From Bacteroidota bacterium (GTDB lineage Bacteria; Bacteroidota; Bacteroidia; Chitinophagales; LD1), in the NCBI GenBank assembly GCA_018267385.1, contig JAFDYN010000008.1, positions 259,764-323,763 of the forward strand: 64,000 nucleotides of DNA, given 5' to 3'. Shown in pieces: positions 44,802 to 53,789 of this stretch. Both the position numbers and the translations under genes were made by a program. The first letter of the stretch is position 1, and each line of letters opens with the position of its first letter. The notes under the pieces are model-generated. The model saw only the letters and a program-made list of their open reading frames with translations, had not been told where the DNA came from and did no database searches.

Positions 44802-47260
44802 ATGCTGCAAAGGAATGGTTCAAACTAAAGGGCTGGAAGGCGCATGCCTTTCAGAAGGAGACCTGGGCGGAAATCGCTGCAGGCCGCAGTGGCCTGCTCA
44901 ATGCTCCGACTGGCATGGGCAAGACCTTTGCCATCTGGTTTGGTGTGCTGCAAGACTTCATCACGCAGAATGAAAAGGAGTATAAAGAAGGATTGCACTG
45001 CCTCTGGATCACACCGCTCCGTGCGCTATCCAAAGAGATAGAGATGGCTACCAACCAGGTATCGCAAGACCTGAACATACCTTACCGCATAGGCCTGCGC
45101 ACCGGCGACACGACTGCCTCTGAGCGGGCGAAGCAGAAAAAGAAAAGCCCCGAGGCGCTGATCACTACACCTGAGAGCCTGCACATGATGCTGGCGCAAA
45201 AGGGATATGCAGACAACTTTAAGAACCTCCAGTTTGTGATAGTAGATGAGTGGCATGAGCTGCTGGGCAGCAAACGCGGTGTGCAGATAGAGCTGGCACT
45301 GTCACGACTGAAAACGATCAACCCTGAGCTAAAGATATGGGGCATCTCCGCTACCATCGGCAATCTGGACAGGGCCAAAGAAATACTGCTCGGAGAGCGC
45401 AATGAAAGTGCCGCGATGGTCCGCGCAGATGTGAAGAAGAAGATAGACATAGAAACGGTCTTCCCTGATACGCTGGAGAAGTTCCCCTGGGCGGGACACC
45501 TCGGTATCAAGCTGGCGGAGAAGGTCCTGCCGATCATCGAGGCGAGTACCTCGACCTTGCTCTTCACTAATACAAGATCGCAAGCGGAGATATGGTTTCA
45601 ATACCTGCTGCAGATAGCGCCTGACCTCGCGGGTGTTATAGGCCTGCACCACAGCAGCCTGGACGAGGACACACGCAAATGGGTGGAAGAAGCCCTGCAC
45701 GAGGGCCGCCTGAAGGTGGTAGTCTGCACCAGCAGCCTCGATCTCGGTGTAGACTTCCGACCGGTAGATACGGTGATACAAGTGGGCTCGGCCAAAGGCG
45801 TAGCGCGCTTCATGCAGCGTGCGGGGCGCAGTGGACACCATCCCGGCGCTACGAGCCGCATCCACTTCCTGCCTACCAACTCGCTGGAGATCGTAGAGGG
45901 CGCTGCACTACGCTATGCCATCGCGCATAAGAAGATCGAGAGCCGTATTCCCTTCATCCGCTCCTTTGATGTGCTGGTGCAGTACCTGGTCACCCTGGCT
46001 GTGTCTGATGGCTTTGACCCGGAGCAGATATACAATGAGATCAAAACCACGCATTGCTTCAACTCTGTAAGCCGCGAGGAGTTTAACTGGTGCCTGAACT
46101 TCATCACCATAGGGGGGCAATCACTGACTGCCTATGATGAGTTTCACAAGGTAGTAGTGGAGGATGGCATCTATAAGGTGACCAGCAAAGCCGTAGCTCT
46201 GCGCCACCGGCTCAGCATGGGCACCATCGTGAGCTATGTGATGATGCGTATAAAGTATATCGGTGGCAAGAGCATCGGCTCCGTAGAGGAATGGTTCATT
46301 TCCCGGCTGAAGAAGGGCGATGTGTTTGTCTTTGCCGGACGCAATCTGGAGCTGGTATCTGTGAATGGACTGGAGGCACTGGTGCGCAATGCGAAGAAGC
46401 GTGGTGTCGTACCCTCGTGGATGGGTGGCCGCCTGCCTATGTCAGCGCAGCTCTCCGAGACCATCCGCCACGAGCTGGATGAGTACACGCAGGACCGCAT
46501 AGGCAATCCGGAGATGAAGATGCTCGTGCCGCTCTTCGTAGAGCAGAGCAAACGCTCTCACCTGCCATCGGCCAATGAACTGCTGATAGAGAAGTTTAAA
46601 ACACGCGAGGGCTGGCATGTGTTTGTCTATCCTTTTGAGGGCAAGTTTGTGCATGAGGGCATGGCCAATATCCTGGCCAACCGTATGGCGCAGAAAAAGC
46701 CTTTTACCTTCTCCATCTCCATGAATGACTATGGTTTTGAGCTGTTGAGCGATCAGGATGTACCGATAGAGGAGCTGCTGCAGGAGAACCTCTTCTCACC
46801 AGAACATCTGACGCAGGATGTGCTGAAGAGCATGAATGTGACGGAGATGGCGCTCCGCCGCTTCCGCGATATAGCGGGCATAGCAGGGCTGACCTTCTCT
46901 GGCTATCCCGGCAGGCAGGTCAAGACCAAGCACCTGCAGGCGAGCGCCATGCTCTTCTTCCGTGTCTTTGAGGACCATGAGCGCGAGAACCTATTGCTAC
47001 GCCAGGCATATGATGAGGTGTTTGACTTTGAGCTGGAGATCACGCGTCTGCGAGAGGCTTTTGAGCGCATCAGCAATCAGTTCATTATCCTGAAGTATCC
47101 TGAGAAGGCGACCCCGTTTGCCTTCCCGATCATGACAGAACGCTTCCGTGAGAAGTTTAGCACGGAAGATGTAGAGGCAAAGATCATGAAGATGAAAGCG
47201 CAGATAGAGGCGCCGCCAAAGGCGCCACCTGCAGGCCGCACGCTGATGGGCCGCAGATAG
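44798..47260 (+). CDS. Ligase-associated DNA damage response DEXH-box helicase (Lhr-core-like)
   Basis: Walker A NAPTGMGKT, DEWH box, TATIGN, helicase-C motifs (VCTSSLDLGVD, QRAGRSGH), and a long C-terminal extension. Its ATG overlaps the ligase stop. Confidence 0.88.
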   Translation: MNAAKEWFKLKGWKAHAFQKETWAEIAAGRSGLLNAPTGMGKTFAIWFGVLQDFITQNEKEYKEGLHCLWITPLRALSKEIEMATNQVSQDLNIPYRIGLRTGDTTASERAKQKKKSPEALITTPESLHMMLAQKGYADNFKNLQFVIVDEWHELLGSKRGVQIELALSRLKTINPELKIWGISATIGNLDRAKEILLGERNESAAMVRADVKKKIDIETVFPDTLEKFPWAGHLGIKLAEKVLPIIEASTSTLLFTNTRSQAEIWFQYLLQIAPDLAGVIGLHHSSLDEDTRKWVEEALHEGRLKVVVCTSSLDLGVDFRPVDTVIQVGSAKGVARFMQRAGRSGHHPGATSRIHFLPTNSLEIVEGAALRYAIAHKKIESRIPFIRSFDVLVQYLVTLAVSDGFDPEQIYNEIKTTHCFNSVSREEFNWCLNFITIGGQSLTAYDEFHKVVVEDGIYKVTSKAVALRHRLSMGTIVSYVMMRIKYIGGKSIGSVEEWFISRLKKGDVFVFAGRNLELVSVNGLEALVRNAKKRGVVPSWMGGRLPMSAQLSETIRHELDEYTQDRIGNPEMKMLVPLFVEQSKRSHLPSANELLIEKFKTREGWHVFVYPFEGKFVHEGMANILANRMAQKKPFTFSISMNDYGFELLSDQDVPIEELLQENLFSPEHLTQDVLKSMNVTEMALRRFRDIAGIAGLTFSGYPGRQVKTKHLQASAMLFFRVFEDHERENLLLRQAYDEVFDFELEITRLREAFERISNQFIILKYPEKATPFAFPIMTERFREKFSTEDVEAKIMKMKAQIEAPPKAPPAGRTLMGRR

Positions 47261-47287
47261 TATTGATGACTGAATAAAAACACAAAT

Positions 47288-48019
47288 ATGCCGGAAGGAC
47301 CATCGCTATATATACTGAGGGAGAAAGTAGCTCACTTTAAGGGTAAGAAGATCCTGGAGGCTGACGGCTATGCCAAGGGTATCGATATGTCACGCATAGA
47401 GGGGCAGAAGGTCATAGACATCCGCAGTTGGGGCAAGCAGTTGCTCTTTATCTTTAAGGGTTTTACCGTGCGGGTGCACATGGGTTTGTTTGGCAGCTAC
47501 ATGATAGATGACCGCAAAAAGGTCAATGCCAGCCTGCACCTGCGCTTTGCGGATGGTGAGGTCAATTTCTATGTATCTACGGTGAAGATCGTAGAGGGCG
47601 ATGTGCATGACAGCTACGACTGGGCCGTCGACATCATGTCTGACGAGTGGAATGCAAAGATGGTATACGGCATCCTGCGTGAGAAGCCCAAGATGCTGGC
47701 CTGCGATGCACTGATGGACCAGCATATCTTCTCCGGCTCGGGCAATATCATCAAGAATGAAGTGCTCTGGCGGGTGAAGCTGCACCCCGAGGCAGTGATG
47801 GCCAAGATACCCGACACTAAGCTACGGGAGATGATCCGCGAGACGCACAAGTATGCATTTGACTTCCTGAGGTGGAAGAAGGACGGCGTACTGAGCAGGA
47901 ACTGGCAAGCCTATGAGCAGAAGGTATGCTCGCGCTGTAATGTAGCTTTCAAGGTCAAAGACAAAGGCAAGTCGAAACGGCGCACTTACTATTGCACCAA
48001 TTGCCAGGTGAAGTATTGA
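47288..48019 (+). CDS. Fpg/Nei-family DNA glycosylase / AP lyase
   Basis: N-terminal MPEGPSL (catalytic Pro2/Glu3), an H2TH-like region, and a C-terminal zinc finger CSRC...(18)...CTNC. Confidence 0.8.
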   Translation: MPEGPSLYILREKVAHFKGKKILEADGYAKGIDMSRIEGQKVIDIRSWGKQLLFIFKGFTVRVHMGLFGSYMIDDRKKVNASLHLRFADGEVNFYVSTVKIVEGDVHDSYDWAVDIMSDEWNAKMVYGILREKPKMLACDALMDQHIFSGSGNIIKNEVLWRVKLHPEAVMAKIPDTKLREMIRETHKYAFDFLRWKKDGVLSRNWQAYEQKVCSRCNVAFKVKDKGKSKRRTYYCTNCQVKY

Positions 48020-48035
48020 ATCGCCTTTTTAATGT

Positions 48036-48156
48036 GTGAAGCCCTGCAAGGCAAAATATAACAGAACCAGGCATCGCCCGGTGAGCGCATGAAGCACAAT
48101 GACCATTGCGTCCGGCGGTGCCGAACGCTAATATATCACGCCCTTTCAGGGCTTAC
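48036..48156. repeat. MITE-like 121-bp element with imperfect terminal inverted repeats, in the nei-pdeM spacer
   Basis: Left arm gtgaagccctgcaaggc (48036..48052). Right arm gccctttcagggcttac (48140..48156). The core aagccctgaaagggcg recurs at 34942..34957. Confidence 0.6.
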
Positions 48157-48182
48157 TGCAGAATCAATATTTTTGTCGACCC

Positions 48183-48824
48183 ATGCAATTGACTTTAAAC
48201 GACATTACATTTACACTCCTTTGTGAAAGGGCCCTCTACAGAGAGCATGACCATACGCTCATCCTCTCCGACCTGCACCTGGGCAAGGCGACGCATTTCC
48301 GCAAAGCGGGTATACACCTGCCTATGGATAGCGCGATGAAAGACTACGCGCAACTACGGTTGCTCATACACCGGATGCAGCCGCAGCAGGTGTATATACT
48401 AGGAGACCTGTTTCATAGTGAGCACAATAGTGAGTGGGACCTTTTTGCTGCCACGATAAAGGCCTTTCCAGAAGTAAAGTTTGTGCTCGTGCTGGGCAAT
48501 CACGACATACTGAAGCATCACCACTACTCCGAGCTGAATATGGTGCTGATAGAGGATACACTGATCGAGCACGGCATAGCCTACACCCACTCGCCGATGA
48601 AGAAGATCCCAGAGGGCCATATCAATATAGCCGGCCACATCCATCCCGGTGTAGAGCTCAGAGGCCAGGCGCGACAATATCTGACTTTACCATGCTTTTA
48701 CTTCTATGAAAACTGCCTGCTACTGCCTGCCTTTGGCCACCTGACAGGGCTCAAGATCATGCGTAATGAGCGGGGCGCCCGCATCTATGCGGTGACCAGC
48801 AGCAAGGTCGTCAATGTGCTTTGA
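48183..48824 (+). CDS. pdeM: Ligase-associated DNA damage response endonuclease PdeM (metallophosphoesterase)
   Basis: ERALYREHDHTLILSDLHLGKATHFRKAGIHLP, LGDLFHS, GNHD, and GHIHP. Confidence 0.85.
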   Translation: MQLTLNDITFTLLCERALYREHDHTLILSDLHLGKATHFRKAGIHLPMDSAMKDYAQLRLLIHRMQPQQVYILGDLFHSEHNSEWDLFAATIKAFPEVKFVLVLGNHDILKHHHYSELNMVLIEDTLIEHGIAYTHSPMKKIPEGHINIAGHIHPGVELRGQARQYLTLPCFYFYENCLLLPAFGHLTGLKIMRNERGARIYAVTSSKVVNVL

Positions 48825-48996
48825 CCGATATTATCCTTCACCTACCGATGTCTTTATATATGTTCTAAATCATTTTGGATTTTAACAGAATGAGATATCC
48901 CTACAAATTAACCCATAACAAATTGACAATCATACATAAACGAAAACTTTAAGATTTTTATGACAAATGGCATTTTTAGCCCCGTCAGCAAACGGC

Positions 48997-49004
48997 TATA
49001 TTTG
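48997..49004 (+). promoter_or_regulatory. Candidate -7 promoter box (TAnnTTTG) ahead of the sugar cluster
   Basis: tatatttg lies 18 nt upstream of the GTG start at 49022, at the end of a ~200-bp AT-rich spacer. No clear -33 element. Confidence 0.35.
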
Positions 49005-49021
49005 TAATACAAACGACCTCA

Positions 49022-50062
49022 GTGGCTAAGAAGAAGAAAATCATCTTTACCATAGGCTCGCCAAATCAGACGAGCCAGATGCATCAGATCTCGTCCTTTC
49101 TCAAGGATGATTATGACTGCTGGTTCACGCAGTTTTATCCGGACTATGAGTTTGAGACATGGCCGCTAAAGTGGGGCCTGCTGGAGAATACCATCATGTC
49201 GGGCCACTTCAAGGCAAAGGCAGACAAGTACCTGAAGGATCACGGCCTGCAGAATGACTATATGGCGCAGAAGAATGACTATGATATGGCGGTGTTTTGT
49301 ACTGACCTGATCGTACCACGCAAACTCAAAAAGGCTAAGACCATCTGGGTGCAGGAGGGCATGATAGACGAGCTGACGCCATGGTCTAAGGTCGTAAAAG
49401 CCTCCCGTGTGATACCGCGCTACTTTGCCATGGGTACCGCGCTGAATGGCAGCTCCAACCGCTGCGATATCTATTGTGTGGGGTCAGAGGGCTATAAAGG
49501 TTTCTTTGAAAAGATGGGCACTGACCGCGATAAAATGGTAGTGACCGGTATACCAAACTTCGACGATATACCGTCCTTTGTCCATAATGATTTCCCATAT
49601 CATGACTATGTGCTGATAGCTACTTCTGATATCCGTGAGTGCTTCCGCAAGGATGACCGCATGGGCTTCCTCAAAGAGTGCAAAGAAATAGTGGGTAGCC
49701 GCCCGGTGATATTCAAGCTGCATCCCAATGAAATACCCGACCGCGCCAAGAGCGAGATCCGCCAGGTATTTGGCGAGGATACACTGATCTACCACACCGA
49801 AGGTAACTCGAATCATATGGTGGCCAACTGCTCGGAGCTCATCACACAGTTCTCTACGCTGGTGTATGTCGGTATCGTGCTGGGCAAGAAGGTCCACTCC
49901 TACTTTGACCTCAATGAACTCTACCGCCTCGTGCCGGAGCAGAATGGCGCTACATCTGCCAAAAGAATTGCAGATATTTGCCGCGGCTATATGGAGTATG
50001 AGGGCAGTGGCCCGCAGTATCTCCGCGATCATATACACGAGGCAAGCAATATACTGGTTTGA
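49022..50062 (+). CDS. Hypothetical protein, possibly a GT-B-like glycosyl/ulosonate transferase
   Basis: 346 aa with a GTG start. VIFKLHPNE resembles the K.HP motif of KpsS/TagF-type transferases (weak, from memory). Overlaps the next gene by 4 nt. Confidence 0.4.
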   Translation: MAKKKKIIFTIGSPNQTSQMHQISSFLKDDYDCWFTQFYPDYEFETWPLKWGLLENTIMSGHFKAKADKYLKDHGLQNDYMAQKNDYDMAVFCTDLIVPRKLKKAKTIWVQEGMIDELTPWSKVVKASRVIPRYFAMGTALNGSSNRCDIYCVGSEGYKGFFEKMGTDRDKMVVTGIPNFDDIPSFVHNDFPYHDYVLIATSDIRECFRKDDRMGFLKECKEIVGSRPVIFKLHPNEIPDRAKSEIRQVFGEDTLIYHTEGNSNHMVANCSELITQFSTLVYVGIVLGKKVHSYFDLNELYRLVPEQNGATSAKRIADICRGYMEYEGSGPQYLRDHIHEASNILV

Positions 50063-50856
50063 CACAAAAGATAGTCACGGTGATACAGGCCCGCTCCGGG
50101 TCTACCCGCCTGCCGGGCAAGGTGATGATGGACATACTGGGCCGTCCGCTCCTGCTGCGCATGGTAGAGCGCGTACAGCGCGCTGCTCTGGCCGGCACCA
50201 TAGTGATAGCTACTACTACGGAGAGCAGTGATGATGTGATAGAGAAACTCTGCGCGCAAGAGGGGCTGAATTGCTATCGCGGTAGCAGGGATGACCTGCT
50301 CGATCGCCACTATCATGCAGGACTACTATATCATGCAGATGCAGTGGTGAAGATCCCATCCGACTGCCCGCTCATAGATCCTAAAGTCATAGACCGCGTG
50401 CTGCAATACTATGTGGACCACGACTATGACTTTGTGAGCAACCTGCACCCTGCTACCTATCCCGATGGCAATGATGTGGAGGTGATGAGCATGAAGACCA
50501 TCACTACCGCCTGGCAAAACGCAAGGCTCAAAATGGAGCGGGAGCATACCACACCATACATCTGGGAGCGTCCGGAGCTATTTCGCATCGCTAACCTGAC
50601 CTGGGAGTCTGGCCTAGACTACTCTATGAGCCACCGCTGGACCATAGACTATCAGGAGGATTTTGACTTTATCAAAAAGGTTTATGAGGAGTTGTATCCT
50701 TTAAATCCTGCTTTTGATCTGAAAGACATTCTTGACCTGACAGATCGCAGGCCGGATATTTTTGCTTTAAATAGTAAGTATGCCGGGGTAAACTGGTATC
50801 GGAATCATTTGGATGAACTCAAGACTATCACGAGCGATAAGACGAAGCAAGTATGA
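50059..50856 (+). CDS. SpsF/NeuA-like cytidylyltransferase-family protein
   Basis: VTVIQARSGSTRLPGKVM..ILGRPLL N-terminus. TTG start overlapping the upstream stop. Confidence 0.75.
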   Translation: MTQKIVTVIQARSGSTRLPGKVMMDILGRPLLLRMVERVQRAALAGTIVIATTTESSDDVIEKLCAQEGLNCYRGSRDDLLDRHYHAGLLYHADAVVKIPSDCPLIDPKVIDRVLQYYVDHDYDFVSNLHPATYPDGNDVEVMSMKTITTAWQNARLKMEREHTTPYIWERPELFRIANLTWESGLDYSMSHRWTIDYQEDFDFIKKVYEELYPLNPAFDLKDILDLTDRRPDIFALNSKYAGVNWYRNHLDELKTITSDKTKQV

Positions 50857-51104
50857 AAAAGATAGTCGCCTTATTTCTACTCGCCAGTTCTTTTTCACTA
50901 GGTCAAAATGCTGCTGCGGACCTGCAGATGAAAGTCAAGAAGACCCCAGCAGCAAGTGTTTACATCTGCGATAGTAAGGGGTCTGTAGCGTATCACAATT
51001 CTAAAACCTGCCGGGGCTTGCAAGCCTGCAAACATGAGATTAAAACTGTCACAGAAGCGGAAGCAACACAGCTGGGCAGGCGTCGTTGCAAGGTTTGCTA
51101 CTGA
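50853..51104 (+). CDS. Small secreted Cys-containing protein
   Basis: Signal peptide MKKIVALFLLASSFSLGQ. C-terminal YHNSKTCRGLQACKHEI....A..LGRRRCKVC four-Cys module. ATGA overlap with the upstream gene. Confidence 0.55.
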   Translation: MKKIVALFLLASSFSLGQNAAADLQMKVKKTPAASVYICDSKGSVAYHNSKTCRGLQACKHEIKTVTEAEATQLGRRRCKVCY

Positions 51105-51242
51105 TAAAACTAACTCCTTATTACATCAAACTCTCTCATTATATTCGCATCCGCTAAATGTTCATATTCACTCTGTGCCCTCAATAGTTATGGCAGGATA
51201 AGCCAACAAGCTTTGTGCACTCTGTGTAGTAAATTCAAGATC

Positions 51243-52100
51243 ATGACCGACGCTAAACATAAAGAACTAAAAGACCGCGCCTTTGCCGTGCGTGAGCATA
51301 TTATACGCATGTCTACGGATGGGGGCTGCTTCACCGGAGCATCGCTCTCCTGCGCAGACCTGATAGTATACCTCTACTCAGGCTATCTGAATGTGAACAA
51401 GGATAACCTGCAGGACCCGCAGCGCGACTTCCTGCTTTTGTCCAAAGGACATGATGTGCCGGCGCTGTATGGGACCTTTGCCGAGCTGGGCTGGATAGAA
51501 AAGGACAGGCTAAAAAACCACCTGAAGAGCAACGACTCTATCTACTGGCACCCGAACAGGAATATCCCGGGCATCGAGTTTCACTCTGGTTCCCTGGGAC
51601 ACTTGCCGGCAGTTGGCCTCGGCATCGCGATGGATAATAAGCTGAAGGGATATAACAATAAGGTAGTGGTGATCACCGGTGATGGTGAGCTGGACGAAGG
51701 CTCGGTATGGGAGACGCTGCATGTGGCCTCTGCCTACAAGATGAACAATCTGACCATCGTGGTAGACCGCAACCACTTTCAGGCAAATGTGAAGACTGAG
51801 GACCTGATCCCGCTGGAGCCGCTGGCGGATAAGTTTGAGGCTTTCGGCTGCGTGGTAAAGCGCATAGACGGACATGACTTTGCCGCGTTGGAAGAGACTT
51901 TCACACAGTTGCCTTTCCATGCAGAAAAGCCATCTGTGATCATAGCAGATACGGTGCGTGGCAAGGGCCTGCCGAGTATAGAGGCACGTGCAGATCGTTG
52001 GTTCTGCAATTTCAATGCAGAAGAGGTAGAAAGCCTGATGAAAGAACTGCATGGCGCGGCTACCACTACGCTGACATCGGAGACATTGACCGTCCGCTAA
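51243..52100 (+). CDS. Transketolase, N-terminal (ThDP-binding) subunit
   Basis: Start placed at ATG 51243 (MTDAKHKELKD). SKGHDVPALY, GSLGHLPAVGLGIA, and ITGDGELDEGSVWE (GDG...E metal/ThDP motif). Confidence 0.85.
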   Translation: MTDAKHKELKDRAFAVREHIIRMSTDGGCFTGASLSCADLIVYLYSGYLNVNKDNLQDPQRDFLLLSKGHDVPALYGTFAELGWIEKDRLKNHLKSNDSIYWHPNRNIPGIEFHSGSLGHLPAVGLGIAMDNKLKGYNNKVVVITGDGELDEGSVWETLHVASAYKMNNLTIVVDRNHFQANVKTEDLIPLEPLADKFEAFGCVVKRIDGHDFAALEETFTQLPFHAEKPSVIIADTVRGKGLPSIEARADRWFCNFNAEEVESLMKELHGAATTTLTSETLTVR

Positions 52101-52161
52101 TTTACTACACAGAGAGCGCAGAGGAAACACAGAGATCAATAGAGCAAAAGAGAGAATATAA

Positions 52162-53082
52162 ATGAGCACCATGACCACATACCAGGAAGTAATCAAGCAT
52201 ACAGCACTCAGCGATGAGAAATACATAGTAATGACGGCGGAGAACCGCGCGGTGGTAAAGGAACTGCCACCAGTGCTGGGCAATCGCTTCATAGATACCG
52301 GTATCACGGAGCAGACCATGATAGGTATGGCTGCGGGCCTCGCACTGAGGGGACGTACTCCTATCTGCCATGCACTGGCGCCGTTCCTGATCTACAGGGC
52401 TTATGAGTTCGTGAGGACGGATGTGGGCATCGCTCACCTGCCCGTGAAACTGAGTGCATGGATAGCGGGCTTCCTCTCAGATGGCAATGGTCCTACACAC
52501 CAGGCCATAGAGGACGTAGCGCTGATGCGCACGATACCGGGGATGACAGTCTTCTGTCCGTCTGACCATGCGGATATGGTGGCTATGCTGCCAGAGATAT
52601 GGGCATCTCCTGATCCCGTGTACCTGCGTGTGAATGTGCGCCCTGATGTATATGGCAAGCATACGCCATTCAAGACAGGCGTAGCGGAGGTGATCAGCGA
52701 GGGCACAGATGTGACGCTCCTGACCTACGGCATGCTGCTGGAGGAAACACTCAAAGCTGCAGAGATACTCAAAAACCAAGGCCTCTCTGTAGGCCTGCTC
52801 AACATGCGCAGCCTGAAACCTGTAGACGAAAAGGCCATCCTGAAAGTAGCGGCGACATCTAAACTAGTAGTGACCGTAGAGGATCACTTCCTCACTGGCG
52901 GCCTCTATAGCATCGTGGCCGAGGTACTGCTAAAGAACCGGACCATTGCCAATGTCCTGCCGATATCACTGAATGAGAAGTGGTTCAAACCGGGCCTGCT
53001 GTCAGAGGTGCTGGCCTATGAAGGCTTCACCGGTCCGCAGATAGCGGAGCGCGTGCAAAAGCATGTGGCAGTAGAAGTATAA
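52162..53082 (+). CDS. Transketolase, C-terminal (pyrimidine-binding) subunit
   Basis: FIDTGITEQTMIGMAAGLALRG, GPTHQAIEDVALMR, and a C-terminal domain. Confidence 0.85.
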   Translation: MSTMTTYQEVIKHTALSDEKYIVMTAENRAVVKELPPVLGNRFIDTGITEQTMIGMAAGLALRGRTPICHALAPFLIYRAYEFVRTDVGIAHLPVKLSAWIAGFLSDGNGPTHQAIEDVALMRTIPGMTVFCPSDHADMVAMLPEIWASPDPVYLRVNVRPDVYGKHTPFKTGVAEVISEGTDVTLLTYGMLLEETLKAAEILKNQGLSVGLLNMRSLKPVDEKAILKVAATSKLVVTVEDHFLTGGLYSIVAEVLLKNRTIANVLPISLNEKWFKPGLLSEVLAYEGFTGPQIAERVQKHVAVEV

Positions 53083-53083
53083 T

Positions 53084-53590
53084 CTACCTCGTAACACCAC
53101 TCCCTATCTTTCCATACTCTTTATCATACGGCTCCCAGAGTTCGAGTTTATTACCGTCCGGGTCCATGATGTGGAGGAACTTGCCGTATGAGTAGGTTTC
53201 TATGGTGTCTATGACTACTACGCTGTCTCGTTTGAATTCTTTGAGCAGCGCCTCCATATTGACCACACGATAGTTGATCATGAAGTCCTTCTTTGACGGC
53301 AGGAAATAGTCAGTCGAGTCTTTGAAAGGGCTCCATTGCGTGTAGCCTTTCTGCGTAGAATCTGCTCCCTGATACCATTGGAAGACTGCGCCGTAGGGGT
53401 TTGTATTCAGCCCAAGGTGCTGGCGGTACCAGGCACGGGTGGCTTTGGGGCTTTTGCATTTGAAGAAGATGCCGCCTATGCCCGTCACTTTGCGCTCCGG
53501 TGCGGGAGCCTCGGCTATCCATGAGCGAACGGCAAAACCGAGCGTAAAGGATGCCAGCACGATGGCGGCAATGGTCGCGATTCTCTTCAT
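53084..53590 (-). CDS. VOC (glyoxalase) family protein with an N-terminal signal/anchor
   Basis: MKRIATIAAIVLASFTLGFA, then GIGGIFFKCKSPKATRAWYRQHLGL ... KFLHIMDPDGNKLELWEP. Paralogue of 32855..33238. Lies on the opposite strand inside the sugar cluster. Confidence 0.8.
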   Translation of the reverse strand: MKRIATIAAIVLASFTLGFAVRSWIAEAPAPERKVTGIGGIFFKCKSPKATRAWYRQHLGLNTNPYGAVFQWYQGADSTQKGYTQWSPFKDSTDYFLPSKKDFMINYRVVNMEALLKEFKRDSVVVIDTIETYSYGKFLHIMDPDGNKLELWEPYDKEYGKIGSGVTR

Positions 53591-53789
53591 ATGATTGTCT
53601 TTATCTGAGCGTTAATAAACAGAGAAGTTTTGTATTTATCTGCAAAAGCGCTTCGGAAAGGCTTTTAAACCATTCATTGTTAATAGATTACAGTTCCCAC
53701 ACTTTGTCTATAAAAGCCCGTAGCAATCCGGTATATTCGCACCCGAAAAATTGTCGTTTGTTTAAACTCAACTACATAAGCTAATCACT

